Shown here: piece by piece, positions 54,221-63,830 of the stretch
How the letters are laid out: each line of letters opens with the position of its first letter
Numbering within the stretch: the first letter of the stretch is position 1
NCBI GenBank assembly: GCA_051874695.1
Contig: JBJEGC010000022.1
Location: forward strand, 5,895-69,894
DNA: 64,000 bases
Reading direction: 5' to 3'
From: Candidatus Bruticola sp.
Lineage (GTDB): Bacteria; Vulcanimicrobiota; Xenobia; Xenobiales; Xenobiaceae
The notes under the pieces: model-generated
The model's database searches: none
What the model saw: only the letters and a program-made list of their open reading frames with translations
What the model was told of the DNA's origin: nothing
Program-made: the position numbers and the translations under genes

Positions 54221-55132
54221 ATGCATCCGGCAATCATTAGAGTGACTCCAGCGGTAAAGTTTATACTGATACTGAACTGCCTTGTGTATGTGGGCCAGTT
54301 GGTGTTTCAGAAACTGTTGGGGAGTACGCTCATAGAGAGCTGGCTGGCCTTAGTCTGTAAGCTAAGTTATATCTGGCAGCTTTGGCGTTTTGTTTCTTAT
54401 GCTTTTTTGCATACTTCTGTTTGGTCTTTGTTGCTGTCCATATTGGCTTTGCTGCTTATCGGCCCTGCTCTGGAAGGATATTTGGGAAAGCTTAAGTTTT
54501 TGCATGTCTATTTCGGGAGCGTTATCTGTGGAGGCTTGGCATCTTATGTAGTGGCGCAGTTTGTACCTGAGCCTGTAGTTGTCGTGGGCGGTAGTGCCGG
54601 AATTTTTGGAATTTTAGCTTGTTTTGCCATCTTGAATCCGGAAGCGTGCTTTAATGTTTGGCTGCTGTTGATCATTCCTATTAAGGCTATTTATGTGTGG
54701 TGTATTACGGCGTCCTTTCTTGTCATATGCATGTTGGACGGCCCGGGAATGGGCTGGTGGCCAGCCAATGATTTAGGAGGTTTCGTTTTCGGAACTTGTA
54801 TCTGGCTGTCGCAAACGGATGTAGGACGGAGCTTAAAAGCGCGATATAGCCGCTGGAAAGCTTGGAGACGAATAAAGTTCAGCAGATTGAAGGCTATGCG
54901 CTCTTCCGGTAGTACAATCCTTAATAAAGATAATCAGGATAGCAAACGCTGCATTTCTTTAAAATTGTTGCCCAACTCTCAAACTTTCCATAATTCTGAA
55001 AGCAGCAAAGCTGCCAGTAATCCTGATGAATTGAAACTTAACGCTCTCATGGACAAATTAACTCTCGAGGGAGCGAAGTGCTTAACGGAAGAAGAGCGCG
55101 CCTTTCTGAAGTCGAAGTCAAAAAGAAATTGA
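54221..55132 (+). CDS. rhomboid-family protein (possibly catalytically altered) with ~100-aa C-terminal cytoplasmic tail
   Basis: Six TM helices. A GxSxG-like motif is present (VVGGSAGIFG). The position of the TM6 catalytic His appears to read ANDLGGFVFG (Asp for His), judged by hand alignment. Confidence 0.55.
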   Translation: MHPAIIRVTPAVKFILILNCLVYVGQLVFQKLLGSTLIESWLALVCKLSYIWQLWRFVSYAFLHTSVWSLLLSILALLLIGPALEGYLGKLKFLHVYFGSVICGGLASYVVAQFVPEPVVVVGGSAGIFGILACFAILNPEACFNVWLLLIIPIKAIYVWCITASFLVICMLDGPGMGWWPANDLGGFVFGTCIWLSQTDVGRSLKARYSRWKAWRRIKFSRLKAMRSSGSTILNKDNQDSKRCISLKLLPNSQTFHNSESSKAASNPDELKLNALMDKLTLEGAKCLTEEERAFLKSKSKRN

Positions 55133-55141
55133 TTCTCTCTG

Positions 55142-56365
55142 CTAAGATATATCGGATTGGGGCGAAGAGGAATCGCAGTTTGCTGAAGCTTGCGAGTCGG
55201 CCAAATTTTGTGCCGTTTTTTTCGGATCACCTTCAGTATGGCTTATTGCCTGAGTGCAGTTTTTATTCGTTTTGCGCCCCGAGAGCAGACTGGCTAACGG
55301 TTTCGCCCAGTCTATACGATCGATAACCATTTTACAGGCTACAGTTATTGGTGTAGCCAGAAGCATACCTACCGGACCCCAAAGTACGCCGGCGAGCATC
55401 AAGGTTAATAAAATAACTACCGGATCTAACTCTAAAGAATCTCCGATAACTCTGGGCTCGATTAAGTGGCCGGAAATTAGATGAACTACAGTAGGCAAAA
55501 TAACCACCATACTGAAAGAGTAAAGACTGACATTGGGGTCGAGTAGCACTAGAGGAAGTGGCAGAATAACCGCTATAATAGGTCCTACGTTGGGAATAAA
55601 GTTCAGGGCGAAGGCCAAAATGCCCAGTACATAGGCCATGGGTACGCCGAAAATGGTAAGAATGAGCCAAGTTAAACCGCCTACAGTAAGCGACAATACT
55701 ACTTTGACAAATACGTAATACTCGATGCTCTTGCAAATATCTTGAAAAAGAGTGGTCTGTTCGCTTTTTTCATTGCCTATCGAAGAACCAAACATAAGGA
55801 AAATGAGATAAATTCCCACTAACACAATGTTTGAGACGAAAGAAAAAAGAGCATTGAAGACGGCGGCTAGGGCATCGCCAATGCTGTTGGCCGCTTCTGA
55901 ACCTATAGTGGAAAGTATATCTGCACTTTTAAAGTTCAGGCGGCGCATCCAGGGATTGCTGCATAAATTATCTATGAGGTTTACAAAGCGCTGTTCATAA
56001 ATATCTAGGTTAGAAGTTAAATCGACTACAGAGTTCGATACAACTACAGTTAAGCTAACGAGCAGAAAGGCGCCTATAAAAAGAGTTAAAATAATAGAGA
56101 GAATTCTGGGACAGTGGAATTTATTGGTAAGATAGCTGACGATAGGGCGCAAAGTGAGCGCCAAAAAGACAGAAAAAGCGAAGGGCAGCAGAACCGATTT
56201 TAGCCAGTAAGCCGCAGCAGCACAAGTCAGACAAGTTAGAATGAGCAAACAGAAAGCCTGCATTCGCTGGCAATCTTCAAGGCTGATTTTAACGATATCA
56301 ACAGCTTCTCCGGAGTTCAGCTCCGGCTCCAATGGCAGGGTAAGCTGACAATTCTTTTCTGACAT
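55142..56365 (-). CDS. AI-2E family transporter (UPF0118/PerM-like)
   Basis: Eight TM segments with characteristic NFIPNVGPIIAVILPLP and ...EPRVIGDSLELDPVVILLTLMLAGVLWGPVGMLLATP motifs. Confidence 0.7.
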   Translation of the reverse strand: MSEKNCQLTLPLEPELNSGEAVDIVKISLEDCQRMQAFCLLILTCLTCAAAAYWLKSVLLPFAFSVFLALTLRPIVSYLTNKFHCPRILSIILTLFIGAFLLVSLTVVVSNSVVDLTSNLDIYEQRFVNLIDNLCSNPWMRRLNFKSADILSTIGSEAANSIGDALAAVFNALFSFVSNIVLVGIYLIFLMFGSSIGNEKSEQTTLFQDICKSIEYYVFVKVVLSLTVGGLTWLILTIFGVPMAYVLGILAFALNFIPNVGPIIAVILPLPLVLLDPNVSLYSFSMVVILPTVVHLISGHLIEPRVIGDSLELDPVVILLTLMLAGVLWGPVGMLLATPITVACKMVIDRIDWAKPLASLLSGRKTNKNCTQAISHTEGDPKKTAQNLADSQASANCDSSSPQSDIS

Positions 56366-56452
56366 ACACTATGTTCTTTCTGTTTATTATTTGTGATCGA
56401 GAGCACCGAATAAACACCGACTATGCAGTGGCTGTCATAATAAATTTAATAA

Positions 56453-57517
56453 TCAGGCGGAAGGAGAAGTATTTGACTCCGTTCCAGATGTAGTTTCCTG
56501 TTGGTGTACCGCCGGAAGATCGTCTTCGGAAGGCCGGTATTCTGGGTCAAGATTGCGGATCTCGTCCATAACAGCTTCGGACAGTTTTGTGTAATAAAGC
56601 ATTTGGTTAAGACGATCTCCGGGCAACTTATCCAGGAAGAGATGGCTCAAATCCATAGGCTTGCCTATGTAGACTTTCATTGTTTTGAAAACGGTGGGAA
56701 ATTTCATCCCTACGCCCAAAACTTGAGCCGTTCCGGCCATAAAAACAGGCATAACTATAGGGCGTGCCTCGTGAATAAGTTTACCCACGCCCGGCTTCCC
56801 GTGGCCTACTTTGCCGGTGCGGGAGCGGGTTCCCTCTGGATATACGATCATTATATTATCTTTGAGGAGCTTGCGCCATTCCTCAACCTGCTCCATATTA
56901 CCGGTGCGTCGATCTACCGGATACGCTTTGAGATGGCGAAAAAAATGACGTCCTAAAATGCGCATGACTCTATCACGCAACTTCCTGGAAGAGGGGTCGC
57001 CGAAAAAGTTTTTACGGTCTGCTAAATTGATGGGCAGATACTTGGGCTGGAAGAATATTTTGGGTACGTAAGCGGCGGCTTCAAAAATAAAGTTGTCCAG
57101 CAAAGAGTTATGATTGATACAATAAAGTACATTCTCATGTTCTTTGGGAATATTCTTCAATCCGTAAACTTTGGTTTTATTCAGCATTCTGAAGAGTACG
57201 ACAGAACCTACAGCTGCGGCTCCGAATGCAACGGAAAAACCAAGGCCATCTATAGTTTTGCCTATAGCCTTCTTAGCTGCGCCAATAAATTTGTTGGTCC
57301 GTTTAAGTTTGGTCTCACACATTCTTACCTCATTGGTACCTAAGTCTGCTGACGATTCGGTAGAGTCCAAGTCTGAAAACTTTTCAGCTACGGTTGTGTC
57401 GCCACTTTTCTTAAAAAATAAATTGCGCACGGCCCCGCCTAATTTGCTGCGAGATACAACTGCAGGAATGTCTTTCCGCTCCGCTTTGGCTTTATCATCA
57501 TTAGTCTTTTGGTACAT
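56453..57517 (-). CDS. lysophospholipid acyltransferase (PlsC/LPLAT family) with N- and C-terminal extensions
   Basis: HxxxxD motif (HNSLLD) and a PEGTR motif (YPEGTRSRTG). Confidence 0.7.
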   Translation of the reverse strand: MYQKTNDDKAKAERKDIPAVVSRSKLGGAVRNLFFKKSGDTTVAEKFSDLDSTESSADLGTNEVRMCETKLKRTNKFIGAAKKAIGKTIDGLGFSVAFGAAAVGSVVLFRMLNKTKVYGLKNIPKEHENVLYCINHNSLLDNFIFEAAAYVPKIFFQPKYLPINLADRKNFFGDPSSRKLRDRVMRILGRHFFRHLKAYPVDRRTGNMEQVEEWRKLLKDNIMIVYPEGTRSRTGKVGHGKPGVGKLIHEARPIVMPVFMAGTAQVLGVGMKFPTVFKTMKVYIGKPMDLSHLFLDKLPGDRLNQMLYYTKLSEAVMDEIRNLDPEYRPSEDDLPAVHQQETTSGTESNTSPSA

Positions 57518-57623
57518 ATCGATCGAACTTCTACGTATGAGGGTAAAATCTTTTTATAAGCGGGATCAAAAAAAATAGCCGCACACCGTCTGAAACGACT
57601 AGCATACAGCTATCACCTATAAT

Positions 57624-57710
57624 TGGTGCGGAAGAAGAGATTCGAACTCTTACAGGTTTTACCCCACAGAATCCTGAGTCCTGCGCGTCTACCGATTCCG
57701 CCACTTCCGC
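57624..57710 (-). tRNA. tRNA-Leu (anticodon CAG)
   Basis: 87-nt reverse-strand cloverleaf. Acceptor stem GCGGAAG/CUUCCGC, anticodon stem-loop CAGGA-CUCAGGA-UUCUG, a long variable arm, T-loop GTTCGAATC, and an encoded CCA. Confidence 0.85.
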
Positions 57711-57790
57711 ACGGAAACCTCAGCCTCTGCTCATCTGCAGCGGCCCCGAGCATTTAGAATTTTAACAGAAAAAATACGATTGTCAAGAGA

Positions 57791-58282
57791 TTATCTCTTA
57801 AAAATTTCTGTTTGTTCTCGGGCCAATTTATCGCACAGTTCATTGTAATAATGATCTTTGTGGCCAGGTACATATTGCCAGTCGATTGTATGGAGTTGAC
57901 TCACTTCCAGAAGTTGTTTCCACAGATCGATATTCTCAACCGGTTTCTTCTTTGAATTAAGCCAATTGGATGACTGCCATTTTTTCAGCCATCCGTCTTT
58001 GAAAGCTTTTAGTACATATTGAGAATCTGCAAAAACGGTAATTACTGCCGACCGTTTGACGGCCTTCAATCCCTCAAGTACAGCAGTAATTTCCATACGA
58101 TTGTTAGTAGTGTGTTTGTCGCCGCCTGATATATGTTTCTCCGTACCCGATTTTGGATGAATTAGCACGGCAGCCCATCCTCCCGGCCCAGGATTGCCTG
58201 AACAAGAACCGTCAGTAAAAATAACCACTTCTCCAGAAGACTTAAAGTCGGCAGCACGTCGAGTTTTTAATAAACAAGTCAT
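57791..58282 (-). CDS. rnhA: ribonuclease HI
   Basis: The DEDD catalytic core is recognisable (VVIFTDGSCSGNPGPGGWAAVL, TNNRMEITA, HKDHYYNELCDKLA). Confidence 0.85.
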   Translation of the reverse strand: MTCLLKTRRAADFKSSGEVVIFTDGSCSGNPGPGGWAAVLIHPKSGTEKHISGGDKHTTNNRMEITAVLEGLKAVKRSAVITVFADSQYVLKAFKDGWLKKWQSSNWLNSKKKPVENIDLWKQLLEVSQLHTIDWQYVPGHKDHYYNELCDKLAREQTEIFKR

Positions 58283-58615
58283 TTCTTCTTCTTCTTCGTC
58301 GTCGTCAGCATAGCCTATCTACATGCTCCTGCAGGGAAAGAGTTGATCAAGCATTTTCTTAAAAGTAGCCTACAGTTAGGCATATAGAGAGCAAACGTAC
58401 CAGAAGTACGATCTATTATAGTGACAAACTCATTTAAATACTAGGATACTTTTTGTGTGGCGCGAACTTTGCGCAGGGTCTTTCCTCGTTAAATTGAAAA
58501 ATCCCGTCTTCAAACTGATAACCTGAGTTCGCTTACGGTATCAACATATTTGAGGAGTATATACTAAGTTTATTAGCCGCAGGCTGATTAAGCTGTCAGA
58601 GGTTCTTTGCATATT

Positions 58616-59002
58616 ATGTCAACTTTATTCACCAAGATACTGAATCATGAACTTCCCGGTCATTTTGTGTACGAAGACGAAAAATGCGGCGTCTTTCTCT
58701 CCATTGCTCCTATAGGTCGCGGCCACCTTTTGGTCGTGCCCCGCAGCGAAGTTGATCATTGGATCGATCTTAGCAGCGAAGACATGAACCATTGTACTGC
58801 TGTTGCTCAAAAGATGGGAAAAGTTTTGATGAAAACTTTTAATCCCACTAAAGTGGGGGTATTGATTGCCGGATTAGAGGTTCCTCACACCCATATTCAC
58901 TTGATTCCGATTATTACCGAAGCCGATCTGTTTAAACGTCCTCAGGAAGTTTCTCAAGAGGAATTAGCCCAGACAGCTGCACTCATCAGGCAGAATATTT
59001 GA
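58616..59002 (+). CDS. HIT-family (histidine triad) protein
   Basis: The HxHxH motif (HTHIHLIP) and the N-terminal HINT-like region are present. Confidence 0.8.
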   Translation: MSTLFTKILNHELPGHFVYEDEKCGVFLSIAPIGRGHLLVVPRSEVDHWIDLSSEDMNHCTAVAQKMGKVLMKTFNPTKVGVLIAGLEVPHTHIHLIPIITEADLFKRPQEVSQEELAQTAALIRQNI

Positions 59003-59083
59003 ATCGATTAAGCTTTATCTTGATAGCGTAAAACGGCAGGCCCCCCTCTTTTTTGCTTTACCTGAAGATAGTACGAGTTAATA

Positions 59084-60100
59084 ATGCTCCATAATAATGT
59101 TTATTTGCAGTCTCTAGAATATGAGCTGCCATCAAATGTTGTCACCACTGAAGATATTTACGATCGTCTTAATGTAACTTTCAAGCGTTTAGGGTTGCCT
59201 ATCAGCTGGGTTAGTGCTCTTTCTGGTGTAAATGAGCGCCGGGTTTGGAGAGCTGAAGAGAAACTTCCGGATATAGCGGCCAGAGTTGCTGGTAAGGCGG
59301 TTAAGCAGGCCGGTATACCTTTGGAAAAGATTGGCTGCATTGTGTGCACCTCTGTATCCAAAGAATTTATAGAGCCCTCAATGGCCTGTATGGTTCATAA
59401 TGCGTTAGGATGTCCCCCTGAGACTATAAGTTACGATATTTCCAACGCGTGTTTAGCATTTATCAATGCCATATCTTATATGGGACAGCTTATTGACAAG
59501 GGTATTTACGAGGCCGCTTTAATTGTCGATGTGGAAAGCTCCCGCTTGGTTATGGAGAATACTATCGAGCATTTGGCCAAGAGTGATACCGATTTAACTA
59601 CGTTCTCTAAGCGTTTTGCCGGTTTGACATTGGGATCCGGGGCTGTAGCCGCTGTTATTTGCAATGAAAAGTTGGCTACTTGTGAACGCAAAGTTTTGGG
59701 ACATGTTCAGCTAGCTGATACCAGGTACTGCCGCCACTGTATAGGCACTTTTTCGGATATTATTACGGATCAGACTAGTTTAATGAAAGCTGGCATTGAA
59801 CTGGCCGGCCGAACTTGGAAAGTTGCTGAACAAACTTTAGGGTGGAGCGCTGACAAATTAAAACATTATATTTGTCATCAAGTTGGAGCACGTCACTACC
59901 GCTTGCTGTTTGAAGCTTTAGGTCTCGATTTAGCTAAGTCTTTCCAGACTTTTCCCTTCTTGGGAAACGTAGGACCGGCGGCAGCTCCCATTACTTTGGC
60001 GATAGCTGCTGAGCGGGGAATAATCAAAAGTGGCGATCATGTAGGTATTATGGGCATTGGCAGCGGCTTAAACTGTGCTATGATGGAGATTGTTTGGTAA
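59084..60100 (+). CDS. oleA: FabH-like thiolase-fold condensing enzyme (OleA-like)
   Basis: KAS III family motifs are present (DISNACLAF with the Cys, HQVGARH, GNVGPAAAP). It is the first gene of a tight FabH-like / alpha-beta hydrolase / AMP-ligase / reductase block, which is the ole gene order. Confidence 0.55.
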   Translation: MLHNNVYLQSLEYELPSNVVTTEDIYDRLNVTFKRLGLPISWVSALSGVNERRVWRAEEKLPDIAARVAGKAVKQAGIPLEKIGCIVCTSVSKEFIEPSMACMVHNALGCPPETISYDISNACLAFINAISYMGQLIDKGIYEAALIVDVESSRLVMENTIEHLAKSDTDLTTFSKRFAGLTLGSGAVAAVICNEKLATCERKVLGHVQLADTRYCRHCIGTFSDIITDQTSLMKAGIELAGRTWKVAEQTLGWSADKLKHYICHQVGARHYRLLFEALGLDLAKSFQTFPFLGNVGPAAAPITLAIAAERGIIKSGDHVGIMGIGSGLNCAMMEIVW

Positions 60101-60101
60101 G

Positions 60102-60998
60102 ATGAAAAAAGTAAGATCAGATGCTTGGAAGCCTTTATATCCTTTTGCTTCCAATTACATGTATGTACCCAACACCGGGTTGCGCATGCATTTCATCGAT
60201 GAGTGCCAGGCTGAACCGGGGCGGGAGCGTGAACCCATTGTTTGCGTGCACGGTAATCCGACTTGGTCGTATTATTACCGGGAATTAGTCAAGGCTTTCA
60301 GGCCTCATCACCGTGTAATAGTACCCGATCATATCGGTATGGGCCTTTCCGACAAGCCGCAACATTATAATTATTGCTTAAGTTCCCATATAGATAACTT
60401 TGAACTGCTCATGGATAAGCTCAATCTTGAACCTTTTACTATGGTCGTTCATGATTGGGGAGGGGCTATAGGACTGGGGTATGCCGTTCGCCATCCGGAA
60501 AAAGTGAAACGTATTCTTTTCTTGAATACGGCAGCTTACCGCTCTCCGTTTATGCCGTCCGTCATAAAGTTGGCCCGAGTTCCTGTATTGGGTAGTTTAT
60601 TAGTGCGCGGTCTTAATGCTTTTGTTATAGGAGCTTTATTAATTAGTACTAAGCGGCCTATAAGTTCTTATACTGCTTCCGGTTACATCGCTCCCTACAA
60701 CTCTTGGTCTAACCGCATAGGTGTGCTGCGCTTTGTGCAGGACATTCCTATGGATCAGTCACACCCTTCTTATCAGACTTTGAAAGAAATAGAATTAAAC
60801 TTACCTAAGCTGGCTTCTATTCCCAAAACCTTTGTTTGGGGCGGCTTGGATCGTGTGTTCAATGATAACTTTTTGCGTCGGTGGCAGACTATTTATCCAG
60901 ATGCTGAGTTCCATCGTCTTAATGATGCCGGTCACTATGTAATGGAAGATGCTTCGGAGGTAGTTTTTGAACATTTAAGAAATCTGCTGGCACGCTGA
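60102..60998 (+). CDS. oleB: alpha/beta hydrolase, haloalkane-dehalogenase-like (OleB-like)
   Basis: HGNPTWSYYY and a nucleophile elbow VVHDWGGAIGL. The ATG lies 1 nt after the upstream stop. Confidence 0.55.
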   Translation: MKKVRSDAWKPLYPFASNYMYVPNTGLRMHFIDECQAEPGREREPIVCVHGNPTWSYYYRELVKAFRPHHRVIVPDHIGMGLSDKPQHYNYCLSSHIDNFELLMDKLNLEPFTMVVHDWGGAIGLGYAVRHPEKVKRILFLNTAAYRSPFMPSVIKLARVPVLGSLLVRGLNAFVIGALLISTKRPISSYTASGYIAPYNSWSNRIGVLRFVQDIPMDQSHPSYQTLKEIELNLPKLASIPKTFVWGGLDRVFNDNFLRRWQTIYPDAEFHRLNDAGHYVMEDASEVVFEHLRNLLAR

Positions 60999-61031
60999 TT
61001 TTAATATATTTTTTGCGACAGGTATTTTTGT

Positions 61032-62720
61032 ATGAGTAAAACACGCAGCCAATCAGCTGAAGGTAATAAGGCTTCAGCTGCAGCCAATATTTCAATTCAC
61101 CTTCCTAACATGGCCAAAGAACGGCCCGATCAGGATGCCGTCAGGTTTCCTGTGAAAAAAGAGTATCAGTCCTGGACTTATAAGCAGTTAAATAAAACGG
61201 TTGACGCTTATGCTCAAGCCATGAAGGCCGCCGGTGCCGTTAAAGGACAAAAGGCGTTGGTCTTCCTGAAGAGTGGCCCAGAACTCATTGCTGCGGTTTT
61301 TGCTCTCTTTAAAATGGGTGTGCTGCCGGTAATGCTCGATCCGGGCATGGGTACCAAGAATATGCTCCGCTGCATAGAACACGTTCAGCCGGATATCTTT
61401 ATAGGCATACGCAGGGCTCATATCATGCGCTGGGTTGTTCGTAAGTCGTTTAAGAGTGTAAAGTTGAACTTTACCGCTGGAGAGTGGATGCCCGGATGTA
61501 TTGATATGGCTAAGGAGGGAGCCAAATATACTGAAGCTTTTAAAGTGGTTCCCGTAGAAGAGAACGAAACTGCGGCGATTCTTTTTACTTCCGGTTCTAC
61601 TGGCAAGGCAAAAGGCGTAATTTATACGCACTCTATTTTCCAAAACCAGGTCAAGTATCTGAAAAATCTTTTCAACTTTAAACCCGGCGAGCTGGATATG
61701 CCCGGATATCCTCTTTTTGCTCTTTTCGATATAGCGTTAGGTATGACTTCGGTTATTCCGCGTCTCGATCCCAGCTGTCCAGCCAGTTGCGATCCTGCTC
61801 TCTTGGTAGAAACTATGGAAGAGTTCGGAGTTACTACCTGTCAGGGATCACCTGCTATTTGGCGCAAAGTGTACAATTACTGCAATGAAGAATCCATTCA
61901 GCTCGATACCCTGAAGCGTCTCATTACTTTCGGTGCCCCCATCCCCAGTGAGCTTTTAAAGGGCATGTTCTCTATAATGAACGACGAAGCCGAAATTTAT
62001 ACTCCTTATGGAGCTACCGAGAGCCTGCCTGTGGCAATTATTCCCGGCAGTAGTTTGTTAGAAGAAGCTGCTGATAAAACTATCTCCGGTGCCGGTACTT
62101 GTGTTGGAAAACCTATTAATGGCATGGAAGTCAAAATTATTAAAATTACTGATGACCCCATTGCTGAATTCGATGACAGTTTAGTATTGCCCGACGGTGA
62201 GGTCGGCGAAATTGCTGTTTATGGTCCGGTAGTTACTCAAGAGTATTATCATGAAGATGAAGCTAATGCGGTGTCGAAAATGAAAGACCGCCGTGGACGC
62301 AACTGGCATCGTATGGGTGACACCGGCTATTTTGACAGTAATCACAATTTGTGGTTCTGTGGACGCAAAGCTCATCGTGTGGAAACTGAGAAGGGAACGC
62401 TTTTCCCCGTTATGGTCGAAGGCATGGCGAATAATCATCCTCGAGTTTTCCGCAGTGCTTTAGTGGGCGTGGGCAAGCAAGGGAAACAAACTCCCGTCTT
62501 GGTTGTAGAACCTAAGCCCGGTTCTTTCCCTGAAGACGATAAGCAGAAAGAGTTGCTCTCCCGTCAAATTTTGGCTCGCTACGATGAAGACAAGCTTTAT
62601 AGTCAAATTCAAGAAGTACTTTTCTACGATTCTTTCCCGGTAGATCCGCGCCATAATGTTAAGATCCATCGTGAAGAACTTGCTCAGTGGGCTGCGGAAG
62701 AACTTGGCAGTGCTCAATAG
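61032..62720 (+). CDS. oleC: AMP-dependent synthetase/ligase (OleC-like beta-lactone synthetase family)
   Basis: AMP-binding motif I ILFTSGSTGKAKGV and motif II-like YGATE. About 560 aa. Confidence 0.55.
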   Translation: MSKTRSQSAEGNKASAAANISIHLPNMAKERPDQDAVRFPVKKEYQSWTYKQLNKTVDAYAQAMKAAGAVKGQKALVFLKSGPELIAAVFALFKMGVLPVMLDPGMGTKNMLRCIEHVQPDIFIGIRRAHIMRWVVRKSFKSVKLNFTAGEWMPGCIDMAKEGAKYTEAFKVVPVEENETAAILFTSGSTGKAKGVIYTHSIFQNQVKYLKNLFNFKPGELDMPGYPLFALFDIALGMTSVIPRLDPSCPASCDPALLVETMEEFGVTTCQGSPAIWRKVYNYCNEESIQLDTLKRLITFGAPIPSELLKGMFSIMNDEAEIYTPYGATESLPVAIIPGSSLLEEAADKTISGAGTCVGKPINGMEVKIIKITDDPIAEFDDSLVLPDGEVGEIAVYGPVVTQEYYHEDEANAVSKMKDRRGRNWHRMGDTGYFDSNHNLWFCGRKAHRVETEKGTLFPVMVEGMANNHPRVFRSALVGVGKQGKQTPVLVVEPKPGSFPEDDKQKELLSRQILARYDEDKLYSQIQEVLFYDSFPVDPRHNVKIHREELAQWAAEELGSAQ

Positions 62721-62732
62721 CGGAGAAAGAAT

Positions 62733-63743
62733 ATGGCAAAAGTATTAGTCGTAGGCGGTGGTGGATTCTTAGGCAAGGCGCTGGTCAAGAGACTTATCGC
62801 TCGAGGCGATAGTGTACGTAGTTTAGCTAGAGGGTCCTACCCTGAGATCGAATCGCTCGGTGCTGAAGTTATGCGTGGCGATATCGTCTCTTCAGAGACA
62901 TCTTTAGAGGCCGTTGCCGGATGTGAAGCAGTTTATCATACTGCTTCTAAAGCCGGTATTTGGGGCGATTATGCCGAGTACGAACGCATAAATGTTTATG
63001 GCACGCGCTCACTCCTTGAAGCCTGCAGACGCCAGGGTGTGGCTAAATTTATTTATACCAGTACGCCTAGTGTCATCTATCATCCTAAGGCTAAAATTGA
63101 GAACATTCAGGAAGATACTCCTTATCCGGAACAGTTTGAGTGTGCTTATGCTCAAACTAAAGCTCAAGCTGAGAGAGAAGTGTTACAGGCTAACAGCCAA
63201 AGCCTGCAGACAGTTTCTTTGCGTCCCCATTTAATTTATGGACCTGGTGACCCTCATTTAGTTCCTCGCTTAGTGGAGCGTGCTTTTGCCGGTCAGCTGT
63301 TTCAGGTTGGTGATGGAACTAATAAAGTTGATATAACCTATGTTGATAATGCTGCGCAAGCTCATATTGATGCCTTTGAACATATAGATAAGTGCGCCGG
63401 CAAGGCTTATTTTATAAGCGATGGTCAGCCCGTTGTACTCTGGGATTGGGTTAAAGAGCTCTTAGAAAAAGTTGGAGCTCCTCCCATTACTCGTTCCATT
63501 CCTTATGGCCTTACTTGGGGTTTAGGGGCAACCCTAGAATTTGTTTATAAGGTGCTGCGCAAAAAAGAAGAACCTAAAATGACGCGTTTCACCGCTGCTC
63601 AGTTGGCGACTTCTCATTACTTCAATATCGCTAACGCTCGTCGCGATTTGCAGTACGATCCTGAAGTTTCAGGTGCTGAGGGTATGGAACGTTTAGTGGC
63701 CTGGATTAAAGAGCAGGGAGCTGGTACTTTGCGCCATCAGTAA
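62733..63743 (+). CDS. oleD: NAD(P)-dependent reductase of 3-beta-HSD/epimerase family (OleD-like)
   Basis: Rossmann motif VVGGGGFLGKALV and a YxxxK catalytic pair (YAQTK). Confidence 0.55.
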   Translation: MAKVLVVGGGGFLGKALVKRLIARGDSVRSLARGSYPEIESLGAEVMRGDIVSSETSLEAVAGCEAVYHTASKAGIWGDYAEYERINVYGTRSLLEACRRQGVAKFIYTSTPSVIYHPKAKIENIQEDTPYPEQFECAYAQTKAQAEREVLQANSQSLQTVSLRPHLIYGPGDPHLVPRLVERAFAGQLFQVGDGTNKVDITYVDNAAQAHIDAFEHIDKCAGKAYFISDGQPVVLWDWVKELLEKVGAPPITRSIPYGLTWGLGATLEFVYKVLRKKEEPKMTRFTAAQLATSHYFNIANARRDLQYDPEVSGAEGMERLVAWIKEQGAGTLRHQ

Positions 63744-63782
63744 ACGGAAGAGGAGGGATTCCGCAGAAAAGATGTATTTATC

Positions 63783-63830
63783 GATGCCGTTGTCAGTTGC
63801 AGTGTAAACTGACAACGGCATCGCTGTTTA
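63783..63830. terminator. rho-independent terminator hairpin (perfect 16-bp stem)
   Basis: GATGCCGTTGTCAGTT-GCAGTGTA-AACTGACAACGGCATC followed by GCTGTTTAT. It follows the oleD-like gene and overlaps the last codons of a minus-strand ORF. Confidence 0.6.
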
